Source of the DNA: Lytechinus pictus
Taxonomy: Eukaryota
Direction of reading: 5' to 3'
Assembly (NCBI RefSeq): GCF_037042905.1
Contig: NC_087251.1
Span: 1,550,001 to 1,614,000 of the forward strand
DNA: 64,000 bases
This document shows positions 39,801 through 52,646 of the stretch, piece by piece (the stretch's first letter is position 1; each line of letters begins with the position of its first letter). The notes under the pieces were generated by a model that worked only from the letters and a program-made list of their open reading frames with translations, was not told the DNA's origin and ran no database searches. The position numbers and the translations under genes were made by a program.

Positions 39801-40043
39801 ATAAAAGCAATATTAAAAGAATATGAATTATCCACCTAAATTAAATAAGGATGGAAAAATATGTTATGTACTCGCATCAGGCTTTATAATATCGGTATAC
39901 TTAACTCTTTGAATAGGCCTACCTGAAAATGTTGTCGAATGGATTATACTTAATTGGCAAATATAAATTGATATGAGATGCTACAATTAACAAGCAAATG
40001 TTGTAGTGCGTGACATACTTATTGATCTTCGATAATAGTACTG

Positions 40044-40189
40044 GGTCCCGTTTCATAAAGACTTCTTATAATAACAAATGCACAATTTCTGCAGCAAATT
40101 CACTATCAGCCAATTAAATTGATGGATTTCAGTAGCTTTCAACTGTTATTGTAAATTTGTTATTATGACAAGTTTTATGAAACGGACCC
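40044..40189. mobile_element. Harbinger-like MITE
   Basis: About 35-bp TIR GGTCCCGTTTCATAAAGACTT...AAGTTTTATGAAACGGACCC; 3-bp TSD CTG. Confidence 0.75.
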
Positions 40190-43100
40190 CTGACCTCTAA
40201 CAGTCTGATTTACTGATCTCATGGCATTCTTAGAAATATCATGAGGGGTTGATAAGTGTGGGATATGATAGGCTGCTTTCAAAATTAAGTACGTGAGCGA
40301 TGAACCCCTTCGAATGTAAAACAAAATGATTTTCAATGGCATATTAAAGAAAGATATATTGCCCACATATTACAAGAAATTCAATGGAATTGTGATGTTG
40401 AAAAATACCATTATACATTATTTGAAACTGAATTAAATTTAAGTATTTATTAACAAAAAATATCATATTTGTGACAGTTTCGGGATACAGCAGCCCTCAG
40501 CCTGGAAAAATCAGCGCTCCAATCCAAAACAGACTTGTTAATAAAAAATGAAAAGATTAATTGGAGGTTTAATTGGAATTTTGAAAAAGAATGAACCGGG
40601 GACATGAAAAAAGGAGAGCTAATCACATTTATATCATCGCAGTTGAGATTGGGAGTTCGAATTATGTTCATATGCAGGATAATTAAAGGTTTTGCCTGTC
40701 TAGCAAACACTGCAGAGCATGCTCGTCATTGTCTGGGCCTTTACCCCCTTCTCAATCTAATGTCTGCCCCCTGGCAGAAGCACGCTTGCATTGTTCACTC
40801 GAAAGACACTTGAATAATGACCGTGGACGGAATACACCATGCAGAATGCAGGAACGGCGACAGATGTGGAACATTGACTGCTTCAATAAAAGTCCCTTTC
40901 AGTGAAATCCACTTCACATTAACAAAGGAACACTCACATTTATATTTTCCGTCAACCAACCAGCCAAACCTCATGCAACCCCTCTCCCACCTCTGTTCAT
41001 AAACCGTATTCATGCATACTGTATTGACTCACAGAGAATTAATATCTAAGGGTTGATATTACAGGGAATCAAAGCATGAAAATAGTACAATAGGCATGAT
41101 ATGTCTTTCACATGAATTGAATGTTGACATGAAAATCAGCTGAGTCTTCAAAATTCACACGGATTATGTTCAAAATCCGCTTAGATCGATCCAAATAAGT
41201 AAGATAAGTGATAAAAAATTCTACATCTACATCTTGTTTACTACGTGATTCAAATTTATGGATATTTTCCTGGGAACCTAGTAACGAGGTATAGTAATCA
41301 TCATACTAAATATTTTGATTTGCATAAATTACCTGTTGCTATGTGTGGCAAGCCTATGGCAAGCTTTCAAGATGTCGATAATGATGTTTGTTTTAAAAGT
41401 ATGCATGAAATTTGAATATGTGAGTATACACTGCTATGAAAATTTGACATTTTGGAGAAGTGTGACATATTGAGTAAAGTTGTATTTCTACTTTTTGACC
41501 AAAAGCTATTCTTTATGAGACGATCCGGAAGTCTATTCATGCTTGCCTGATATAGCAACAATACATGCAATCTGGATTCAAAGTTTATTGGAAAAAAATG
41601 ATTAACATGGTAGATTTTATTGATTTCTCTCTTGACATGACTGTGGAGCTGACATAGTCTGTCATAAGGGTGAAGGAGTGGAGTCTCATGTCACACTGAT
41701 TTCAATAAAATCAGTAAACATTTTTGATGAAAGTACATCAGAAGCTTGAGAGAAGATAAGACATTTTTGTGACGTCACTTCTATTATGCCGTGTAGGTTT
41801 ACTTAAAACTTCACAAAGTGAATACATTTAAAATAAATACACAAGTCATGTGCATCAGATGTATAGGAAACACCATTAATAGGCAATTCTATTATAAAGA
41901 ATCATGCATTTGAAGCGTGGAATTAATGATTATTTATAGAATTTATGATACACAGCGTAAAGTCGTAGACTATAGCGGGAGCAGCTCGCGGGTGACGTCA
42001 AAATTTCAACATCTAATAATTCATCACTCTGTTGATGAATGAAAGTCTGTAATTTATTATTTATTCTCAGTATGAATGATTGGATGGCAATACTTTGAGT
42101 GAATGTGTAGAAAACGTCTGACGTTGTTCGTGATGACTTGAAGGCTTGCCAGACATAGCGACATCTTATTCATGACATCAAATATTAGTCTAGTCAGTAC
42201 TATCTATTCAGAGAGTATCGCATCTTTCATTAAACCGATCATTGTTACCAAAATAAAGAGATGATAATAGAAACCAACCCATCTGCCTTCCACCAAGTTT
42301 ACGAAGCTTTATGTCTTTATATCGTCCAGAAGAAAGATGAAAGAAGGGGACAATGAAAAAAAAAACTATGGTCGTGATACTCGTTTATTATCAAATGCAG
42401 AAAATTCACTTTTAGATAGTCCTGCCCCATCGCTATAAAAAAGGGCCTGTTTAGGCGCTGCCCCTGAAAAGAGTGGCTAGGGTTAAAATTTAAATAAAGA
42501 AATAAATAAAGTTTCTGAGAACGGGATGCAATCCTGGATACTCTACTCTCCCCTCTTGAGCTCAATATTCGTATCACGAAGCACCACATGGAACTGGAGG
42601 ACCTAAACTGACTACATAATGAGCAGAATCCTACCTTCACTAGTCGTACCACAGAGTATCATACCAGCCCTCATGAGAGATATCTTCAATATACCAATCA
42701 AACTTAACTGACGTGACAAGCAAGTGTTGCTTCATTACAACATAATATTTTGACAAGCATTGTAAATAGATTACTAGCACTTGATAACCGTTAAATGTAC
42801 GTCTGCCAAAACTCGTTGCCCCAAGTCAGAGGTAAGGAAATTAAATATCCTTCATTGAAGATAAATACTGATGGTGAATGCTGGCAACAAATCAAAACAA
42901 TTCGAAAGTATTTGAAACACGCAGAGTGATGCATTAGTATTACCACTTAACGATTAATTAATTATTCAAAGATTGCTTTCTTAACATTTGTCTATATAAT
43001 CTGTAATAGGATACGGTTGAGTCCTTTCCGTATTGATATGAATTACAATGATTACTCTTTCCTATTTATCGTGACAATTTGACATTTTCGTCGATCAAAT

Positions 43101-44225
43101 AACAGGAAATGGCATCATCATTGTTATATCGCTTGCATGTATTATACTTCATGCGTGAGAAAATATGTACATTCAGCAAGCTTCTGTTTGATATATCGTT
43201 GCTTTAAAATAAAAGGGAATTGCAGAAATGGAAAAATAAATAAACTTTAAGTTTGATGAATAAATATATTCACGAAGTGCAGTGAAATATAGGCCCCTTT
43301 CAGCACAATAACATGGGATATTTATTCAGATTATCATTAATCATGTTAAGATTTGAATAGTAGTGGTGCATTACTTTTTACCTGCATTACGCTGAAAGTT
43401 TAATGAAGCAATTGTTGTTGCATTTATTTCATTCTCTTCTACCTTTTCCCTTTTCTTTTTTTCTTCGTCGCCCTTTCCTCTTTCTTATTCTGCATACATT
43501 CATCCAGATATTGATATAATAAATATTAAAAATGCAAAGATTAAATGAAACGATCTTAAAAAAAAAAACCGTGACTTTCAGGCTGGTTGAATCAGTTGAA
43601 TGCATCATTATGATCATGATGACTGTAATATTGAACGTTGATTGAATGATGTACAACTTATAGAATATAAAGTATTTTTTCATTCCAAAAAGAAAAAGTA
43701 TATGAACATACAGGTGCAAATGATCGATTCACACACCAACACTCCAAACCATGAATCAGTTGATTAGACCTGATTTGATTCAAGGAGGAAATCCCAATTT
43801 TTTTTTGGGGGGTCAACATTTTGAAAAAATGTTAGTTGAATTAATTTGAAATCTCATGAACCGAAAAAAATTAGTTCAGTTATATGTTTATGCTAAATCA
43901 TATAAGTCCAACAGTAGAATACTACTTAAAGTCAAAACTAGTATTGTCAGTTTCACCCATTACTGTAAAAGCATTATTGAAATTAATTATTAATATCAGA
44001 TTTTTCTCTTGCCATGACAAACATTTTATCTTTTCGCTAGTCAATTATGAGTAAATTGACAGTATTAGACGGAATGAATGTGTGCTTATATGTCTGTAGG
44101 AATAACTCAAACAATGATCTCAGGTTGTCGAGAAGAATCCTCTAGAAACTTTGCTAAATTATAATAATCAACGGATCTACTTTAATGACAAAATCAATAT
44201 AATTGCAAGAATACATGGATCACTA

Positions 44226-44390
44226 ATACCTCAGTCACATTTGCTCAATGGCGCCGTACGGCTATTTGATAACAACCGTTTTTTCTGTAATAGCTACAAA
44301 ATATATACGTGGTTTGAATAAAAATTGATAAAACGGCTGTTTCCGACTCGTCGTACAGCCGCCGTAGAGCAAATGTGACTGAGGTATTAA
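44226..44390. mobile_element. Short MITE (Harbinger-like)
   Basis: Perfect 23-bp inverted repeat TAATACCTCAGTCACATTTGCTC / GAGCAAATGTGACTGAGGTATTA. Confidence 0.75.
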
Positions 44391-47300
44391 TCATGTGAAT
44401 AAACCATATAACAGAGTTCATCTGATAGTTACTATAGTACAAAAATCATCTCATGTGACTGAATAAATAATAATTCTGTCAAATACCAAAGAGTTTTATC
44501 TGATGAAAGTTTTCAACACAAAATTGTCATCGATCGATATTCAAATGAATATAAATATCATAAGCATAGTCTGCATCAGGCAGTATTTCTGAAAATTACC
44601 AAAGCTTGAATTCATTAACGACAACACAATGATGCACATCCTTAAAAAAATATGGTGGATTCAATATTTACAAATGCATGGATATTATAATGACTTGTGT
44701 GGTAATATTATCCTGGCACCCTCCCCACCCATCCAAGACAACATAAAGGTATGTCTACTGATCACACAATAGATCAGCCGCAATTATAAATTATTATCAA
44801 TATTTGAATATGGTTGATTTACAAACTGAGATCTCATTTACGGCTTACCCGTCATAACACCATTTGATGTATACCGAATTGAATATTCTTGTTTTGTTGT
44901 ACAATCGTTAGGTCTATCAGTTTATTTTGAAAGCTAATCGCTTGATAAATGCCATACCAAAGAACATCGTTTATTTGTACCAACCAATCCAATGATTACG
45001 TTTTCATGAAAGACAAACATTTAGTGAGTTTATTATCGTCCTTGAGTTCTATTCACAGTGTGCCTGAGGTCTATCAAGTTATCTGATGGTATTTTTAAGT
45101 TTATAAAGTCCCATTGGATATGCATCATAATTGAGCAATAACACCAATAATATAAATAGCATAAATCTATGCATACCTGGCAGGATGCCAACAGGTTGAT
45201 TATCATTAGATACATACCCTTGATTATCTGTCTGGGAGTTAAGTTCATCAAAGATCAACAGATAATGAAGCAGATGAAATCAGAAAGCACGCATTGACAG
45301 TCAATGACCTTCATAAGATACCAGTCTTAGATGGTATACAATCTTCACTTTGAATCCATTAATCCGATTTTAATGGACACACCAATTACCAAGACTCCAA
45401 TTACAAAGACGCATTTTAAATGTCCATGCCCCAAGTGGTTGTTAAAGAGTGTGTGTATAATAAAGTCCTAGGTTTTCTTCTTGAGCGTTAAATATCATAC
45501 TTTATGAGTCAATAGCAGAACGTAGCACCTGGAAACGGTCCAAATGAAAGCGGAGGGAAATTATGAATCACTGATTATAGTCCTTTCCAAATGTGTGTTA
45601 TCAGTGGGAGACAGGATTGCAAATACCCCGCTCAACATTACATCCGCGCGCTTTTTAATTGCCAAAATGCGAATCACATTCGTGAAGTACAGAGTGTGTC
45701 GTCTGCAATCGTTCTCAAATCACCCCCATACAGTGTAACAAATGTAGGGTAAAATTGAAGGCGCATCATTTGGTAACAGGTAAATGCATAATATAGCAGT
45801 GACTTTGTAACCTCGCTCGCTCTATCACTAAACCCACCCACCTAGACTACTGCTATTATTAGCAGCTGGGACTCTGAATATTACAGCAAATCGCACAAAA
45901 GACTCGACGATGAATGCATCCATATATTAATCACTCCTCCCGTCCGACTACGCAGCCAACATCAACGTCGGAAAAAGCGCCTGAGGCCCTTCCCGTTACC
46001 AAGCCTACTCCCCCGTGTAGTTGTGAGTTGAATGAATATTATTCACGGTCCTTAGTCATGAACGTTGACCTGCTCCGCCGTGTGGAAACGCAAGAAGCCG
46101 CAACAAAAGATGAGTGTTTGCATTAAACCATGTTCAAAATTGTTTCCCTTTTGTGATGAAAAGATGATAAAAAAAATCGCGTCATAATAAAAGCTCGCCT
46201 GGATTCTAAAGCTTGCCCTTTGCTCCCTCGCTCTTCAGTCTAGTGTTACATTGTTGTATCTTCTGGAAATTTTCCTAAATAGTATTTCAATAACAATAAA
46301 AAACTGCATCGAAATCTCGTATTCATTAACTATACACAGATAATTCAAATAAATCATTTTCATAAAACATTTTTTCCCCCTTAATTAGTTCGGCCGATGC
46401 CGAATCATATTGTGTATCATACATTGCCATCGTCATTATCAAAGTGTGTCAAAGGGTTATGTTTGTGTATTATGATTATCGTGTAAATATAGTATTCTGG
46501 GAATTGATAATCACTGAGTTTTCTATTTACAATTGTGTTTTATATTTATCCGAACGTGCAGACAAGTTATCCTTCTCATGGAATGCAGTAAAAGTGTATT
46601 ATATATACAGTAAAAATATTCATAAAAAGACAAATACGTGATAAAGATCAAAGACAAGTACGTGATCAACGTTGGTACATACAAAACAGTTGGCCAAAAA
46701 GAATTAAACAATAAGGACTGTGCAAAAATGTGATAAATTATTGATCATTTATTGCCCATTTTATTGAACTAAACTAAATAAACAGCAAAAGAACGACCAA
46801 TTTATTTGCAGTGTAGAGTTAGAATACTGATAACTGATTTAGCTGATGCCGTGTTTATAATAGTTGGTTGCGCTCTGTATCTTCTCGAAAATTCTTCACA
46901 TTGTTTGCTGCTGTTGTTGTAGTTATAATATAATAATGTAAAATAATAAATATATTAATACATAAACTAAAAATATTGATGGGTATCTTCGTATTACACA
47001 AACTCATAAGATTTCTAAGTATGTCAAAACTTTGACATTTGTTGGCATTTTATTAACAGACTAACAGTTAGGGTGTTTTGACGTCTCTTGGTATTTTTTT
47101 GACAAATTCGTACGTAAATTATTCAATAAAGTGTAAATTTCCGATTTTCATACAATATTTCCTCAATGTATAGGGAAACAATTAGGCATTCTCGTCGGAT
47201 ATGAATCCAATGTATTGATAGAATACATCAATTTTTTAATCAATATTTCAAAAGTACGAATCAATATGAAGTTTTTTTAGATTTAAAGTTATTTCATGAG

Positions 47301-48136
47301 TTTGGTGTTTCGGTCTATACCACCTAATCTATTAAGTAAATTTATACTGAGAGTTAATTTGAAGTATTTTTTACGAACAAAATCACGGTGTCATGTTCTT
47401 GGCACAATGAGAAGTTCAATATACTATTCTAAATGATCTCGATAGACGTGAATCTTCTTCGAATCTCAATTAGCCTACACCTGGTACCAAATTGGGCAAG
47501 GTTTATTATAAATCGTCCGATGTCATCTAAAACTCTTTATCCTCTGATTGATTATTTTAATACCATGTATGTTTTCTAAGTCGTCAGAATACATCGATCA
47601 TTGCCATGACTGATATCATTAGCATTAACCATATTGTTTGAACACGTCTAATAACTGTTTACTTTATTGTATAAGTTGTCAACACTTATTTGTTCTTGTA
47701 TATTTTCTTTTCGAAAATTCATAAAGTTAGTAATGTGGCTTTCGTTTATCATTCAAACCACCTCACACAAATGAAGAATCATGACACGATGATATTGGGA
47801 CGAGCCAAACAATGATTCAATTAATTCAATTATGCATGATTGTCTCTCACTTGAAATTATTCATATTGCACAGTATGACTACCAGCATAAATCCTCGACC
47901 TTGTCCTTATTGCGTGTGTTCCATGATAATATATAATGAACCTCTTCCACATCATGATATATAATGTAGACATTCACAGTATCTTACTGACAAACCCCCA
48001 CTTATCTTCCTCATGGCGGTATCATGTTAATTCAAAAGTTAAATATATTGTTTATTTGGAATGATATGCGCTGTCAACTGGCTCGCAATTTATTCTTAAT
48101 TTTTTAGAAAATAATGAGTAAACAATAAACTTTTTC

Positions 48137-48527
48137 CATGGCCCTGGAAAGCGGGGTGCTCGGGTGCTGAAGCACCCTCAAAAATTTCCTATGGAGAAAG
48201 ATATACGCAGCACCCCTAAATAGGTCTTTTGGAAGATGTGTAAAAATTGAAAAATGTAACCTTAATGACCTCAATCTTGTAGGTGACACGATATTTGCTC
48301 CGGTATTAATATCTTACAGTGCATAGGGTTAGAGTTAGGATTGTAATAGAGTTTTTGGTTCATAATAATATTAAGAGAAAGGTTCGAGTTTATTTAGTTT
48401 TGGAGGTTAGATTTTATGTTTATCTTACTCTGCATATCTCTTTTCCATCGGAGCAGTTGTCATCGGAGCAAATGTCATGAAACCATTTTGTAGCACCCCC
48501 AGTGAAAATATCGTTCCAAGTGCCTTG
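48137..48527. mobile_element. hAT-like MITE
   Basis: CATGGCCCTGGAA...TTCCAAGTGCCTTG. 8-bp flanks ACTTTTTC/ACCTTTTC. Internal GCACCCC repeats. Confidence 0.6.
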
Positions 48528-48829
48528 ACCTTTTCAGAAATAGTTTTGGGTTACGGTAAGGTGTGCGTGTGAACTTGTGTGTAAGGTTTACCTTTTATAA
48601 TCATGTGCACGTGTAGGTGTGATTTTTATTGACAATCAATTACAATAATAATGATTATAACATTTGTAGGGCACTTAATACAGGTGTTTCTAAGAGAAAT
48701 TGTGTTGTTACACGTACATGAGCTTTTTTGTGCACATGTAGGCGTGTACTTTAATGTATTTGTTTGTAAGGGGATAGCCAAGATATGTAATTTTATTTTC
48801 GTTATGCCCTCCCCACTGTATGTTGTTTT

Positions 48830-49900
48830 TTAAATCTTTATTGCTTCAATAAAACAAAATATATGTACAATTTTCATCGTGTACAACAAGATAGATCAAG
48901 ATACATCAATATTCATCGTGATAAAGATAAAGTAAATCATTAAATACAAAAAAAATAAAAGCAAGTCTCAACTCATTTTTTATAATGTAGCATCTCCTTG
49001 CCCTTTTTAAACGCAATGAACTTTTCAACATTTTCAACAAATTTCAACTCATTTATGAATAAAGCTAACGAAAGTTGTCCTTCTTGACATTTTGTTCTGA
49101 AAATGAAGTATTTTGCAAATAAAATTATTGTGTTTGAAAGATGTTGAAACTTACTTGGAAAACCAAAACATATATCAATATTTTTGAAAATTTGTGACAA
49201 CTTATATTGTGAAAATTCAGCCAAGTATTTACATCCGTCCAAAATTTAGAAACAATAGGGCATCAACAGAATAAGTGTATCGAAGTTTGTGGTTCAGTTT
49301 TACAAAAATGACACAATGGTGAATTCTTCATACCTATCTTAAATAAATACTCATTAGTTGATATACGGCGGTGAATAAACTATACTGGAATATTCTGATG
49401 TTTGAATCCAAAGTAACCCAATAAATAGTCAAAAATCTATTTTGCCATTGGATCAAAAGACTTAGATCTACACTTTAATCATCAGACCATTTTTCACACT
49501 GCTTGGTTTCTGATATATCTAAACAATGTTTTTTTAATAAGTTTTAAATAGCAGGATTTAGTCACCTTCTTGTAACTTATAAATCTCTTTAAACTATTTA
49601 CATCGTCAGATTCATAATTTGTATAACTTGATCTAAAAGTATTTTTCCATTCTTTTTTTTAAACAAGAAATCAATGAAAAATATTCTAAATAACACTTTT
49701 TAGGCAGATTAAAGTCGTCTTGAAGTTCATGAAAAGTTTTGAATAGTCCATTATTCTTTATAATATCTTTTACGTATAAAATACCTGCTTCAAACCATTG
49801 TGAAAAAAATATCGTTTTACCGTCTATTTTAATATGAGTTATTCCACAATGATTGATTGTATGATGTTCATATACCGATATTACACACTTTCATTTAAAT
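48830..49900 (-). pseudogene. L1/Tx1-clade LINE 3' fragment
   Basis: ORF 48973-49242 (NTIILFAKYFIFRTKC...EKFIAFKKGK) plus an upstream broken SPLCHFCKTEPQT zinc-knuckle region. AATAAA on the minus strand near 48837-48842. Confidence 0.7.
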
Positions 49901-50009
49901 TATTGTTGAAATTCAATGAATTCAATTTTAAATTCGTTGAAGGGTGGTCTTGAAGTTAGGTGCATTGACATGAGTACAACAATCGAGTGCCTCTGTCACT
50001 GATGGTTAA

Positions 50010-50612
50010 AGGTCAAGTCCACCTCTGAAAAATGTTGATTTGAATCAATAGAAAAAAATCAGACAAGCACAATGCTGAAAATTTCATCAAAATCGGATGT
50101 AAAATAAGAAAGTTATGACATTTCAAAGTTTCGCTTATTTTTAACAAAATAGTTATATGAACGAGCCAGTTACATCCAAATGAGAGAGTCGATGATGTCA
50201 TTCACTCACTATTTCTTTTGTTTTTTATTGTTTGAATTATACAATATTTCAATGTTTACGAATTTGATGATTAGGACCTCCTTGCCTGAAGCACAAAATG
50301 TTAAAATAATGGAATTCCACGTGTTCAGGGAGGAATGAAACTTCATTTCACATGACAATGACGAGAAAATCAAAATATTTCATATTTCATATAATAAAAT
50401 ACAAAAGAAATAGTGAGTGAGTGATGTCATCAGTCCCCTCATTTGCATACCGACCGAGATGTGCATATAACTGTTTTGTGAAATGAAGCGAAACTTTAAA
50501 ATGTCATAACTTTCTTATTTTACATCCGATTTTGATGAAATTTTCAGTGTTATGCTTGTTGAATTTTTCTCTTTTTATTCAAATCAAGTTTTTGTTGGGG
50601 TGGACTTGTCCT
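50010..50612 (-). mobile_element. TTAA-target MITE, copy 3 (opposite orientation)
   Basis: TTAA at 50006-50009 and 50613-50616. Internal sequence is the reverse complement of copies 1 and 2. Confidence 0.88.
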
Positions 50613-52646
50613 TTAAGTGACCATTTTGACCTTGCTGTATGTACCTATATAATCATGCCTAGGTTCTGCCGCAATAGTCGCAGTAGACAGTAAGTAGGTT
50701 TACTACATACATTGTTCAGACACTTTAAAGATATCTGTTAATTAAAAATCATCATTTACTAAATCTCCTGAGGAATCTCCTGAGAAATTATGATGGCGTT
50801 CCGGTCGCTGTGCATTTCACTCTTTTGGAGTCACTAAATAATAATTTATGGAGCGATTTTTTTCTTGGGCTTCATTCTCATATCACAGACACAGGTGACA
50901 AGTGGGAACTTGCAGCTCAGATCTTTAAAAGTCAAATCATTGTTAACCTATGCCTTCCTAGTATTGCTACAAATAAGATAATAAAGCTTTTATATCTTTA
51001 AGGACTTATTAGTTTTTTAATGAATGTATGTGACTCTATTTGAAGATGCGGTTTGTCGTCATATGTATAAGAGTTTGTGTGGTGTGTGGGGTGCGTGGGT
51101 GTGTGTGTGCTAGTGGCGCATATTTTGAGGGGGCTTCTTAAATGATTGAAAGTTTGTGATAAATTTTGACATAATATACACCAGAGTATATCATACTTTA
51201 CCATTTTTCCTCTCATTTTTCCCTTTTCTCCCTCTTTTTTCCCCTTGGTCATGGAACCTTTTTTGGTGGGCCAGCCGCCAATCCCCCCTCCCCCAATTTT
51301 ACGCCATTGGTATATGTTGTCTTATAGGTCTGTGCTCCTGATACTTCATAATCATAATATTTTCCATGCGATATATGTATATGAAAAAAAAATGAAACCG
51401 TTGTCAAATCGAATTCAAATAAATTATACTATAATAAAGCATAAAAAATATTATATTCCATATAGCAAACTGGATCCCCATTATACGAAATAATCAGTCA
51501 CAATAATTTTAACATTAAAAAAAATAAGAGCAAAAACAACAACTCGCCAAGCGATAATGAACATGTACTCAACTTAATAATAATCATTTAAAACATAATT
51601 TCTAATCCTTTTTTAGAAAGCTTTGAAAAAACATCTCTCAACCTTGGTTTGTATAACTTGTAATATCTCTTTTGATTCATTACAGCGTATACACGTCCGG
51701 TAGAAGTACGTGTGTTTTCAACAGAATCAAGAATACTTGAATAAAACATTCCACGCTCATACGTCATGAAAGACGTAATACCCAAGCTTCTCGTGTTGTA
51801 CCTGTAATAATCAGAATAATTGTGATACCCTAATACAGAAAGGTAATTTTAGACTGCATGCCTGGTGACGAACTTTTCTCAAATAAACAGTAAAATTTAT
51901 TGTCATTTGCAACTATATTTAAATGTTGAGAAGTATTTCTGAACAGAGAAACCTCAAGATAATGGATGATCGCATGCACGGGTACCTTCATAGAACATAA
52001 ACCGCAAAAAAAGAGAGTTAATTTAGTACAACTGTGTTTTTTGATGCACAGTAATGTGGGAGTCACCATATCAAATAAGAAGGATAGGAATATGACATCA
52101 CTTCTCATACTTACAGCCCATGCTACATGTATTATGTTTTATTATGAATGCATGATCACTTCCTCAATTTGGTTTTTATCCTATGCTATATATACATAAT
52201 AATAGATTATGTTGATAGGTCAAATATTACATAATATTCTTTGCTCCTGAACTCTCTCTCTCTCTCTCCCCCTCCCTCTCTCACATTATTCTTCCTTCTC
52301 TCTTTCTCTGCCTCTCTGTTTGCCTCTGCCCCCTTTCTCTCTCTCTCTCTCTCTTACCATGTCCTTTTACTTTCTCATTCTGAATCTTATTTTGATGTGT
52401 ATATATGTCTTCTTTGCTTATGTTTTCTTTATGTTATGAATTATATGTATTTAGGTATTAATGCAGAGCCCTCTGGAAGACCAGCGATTTTTTTAATGAA
52501 CGTTCTAATTGTATATATTGTGTAATTTTACATATTTGTTTATATAAAGCTGAACAGGCTACTCTGGATACAGATTTGAAATAAATAAATAAATAATAAA
52601 TAAATAAATAAGGGTGCCTAAGATTTCAAAATAGGTGTAAATATAT

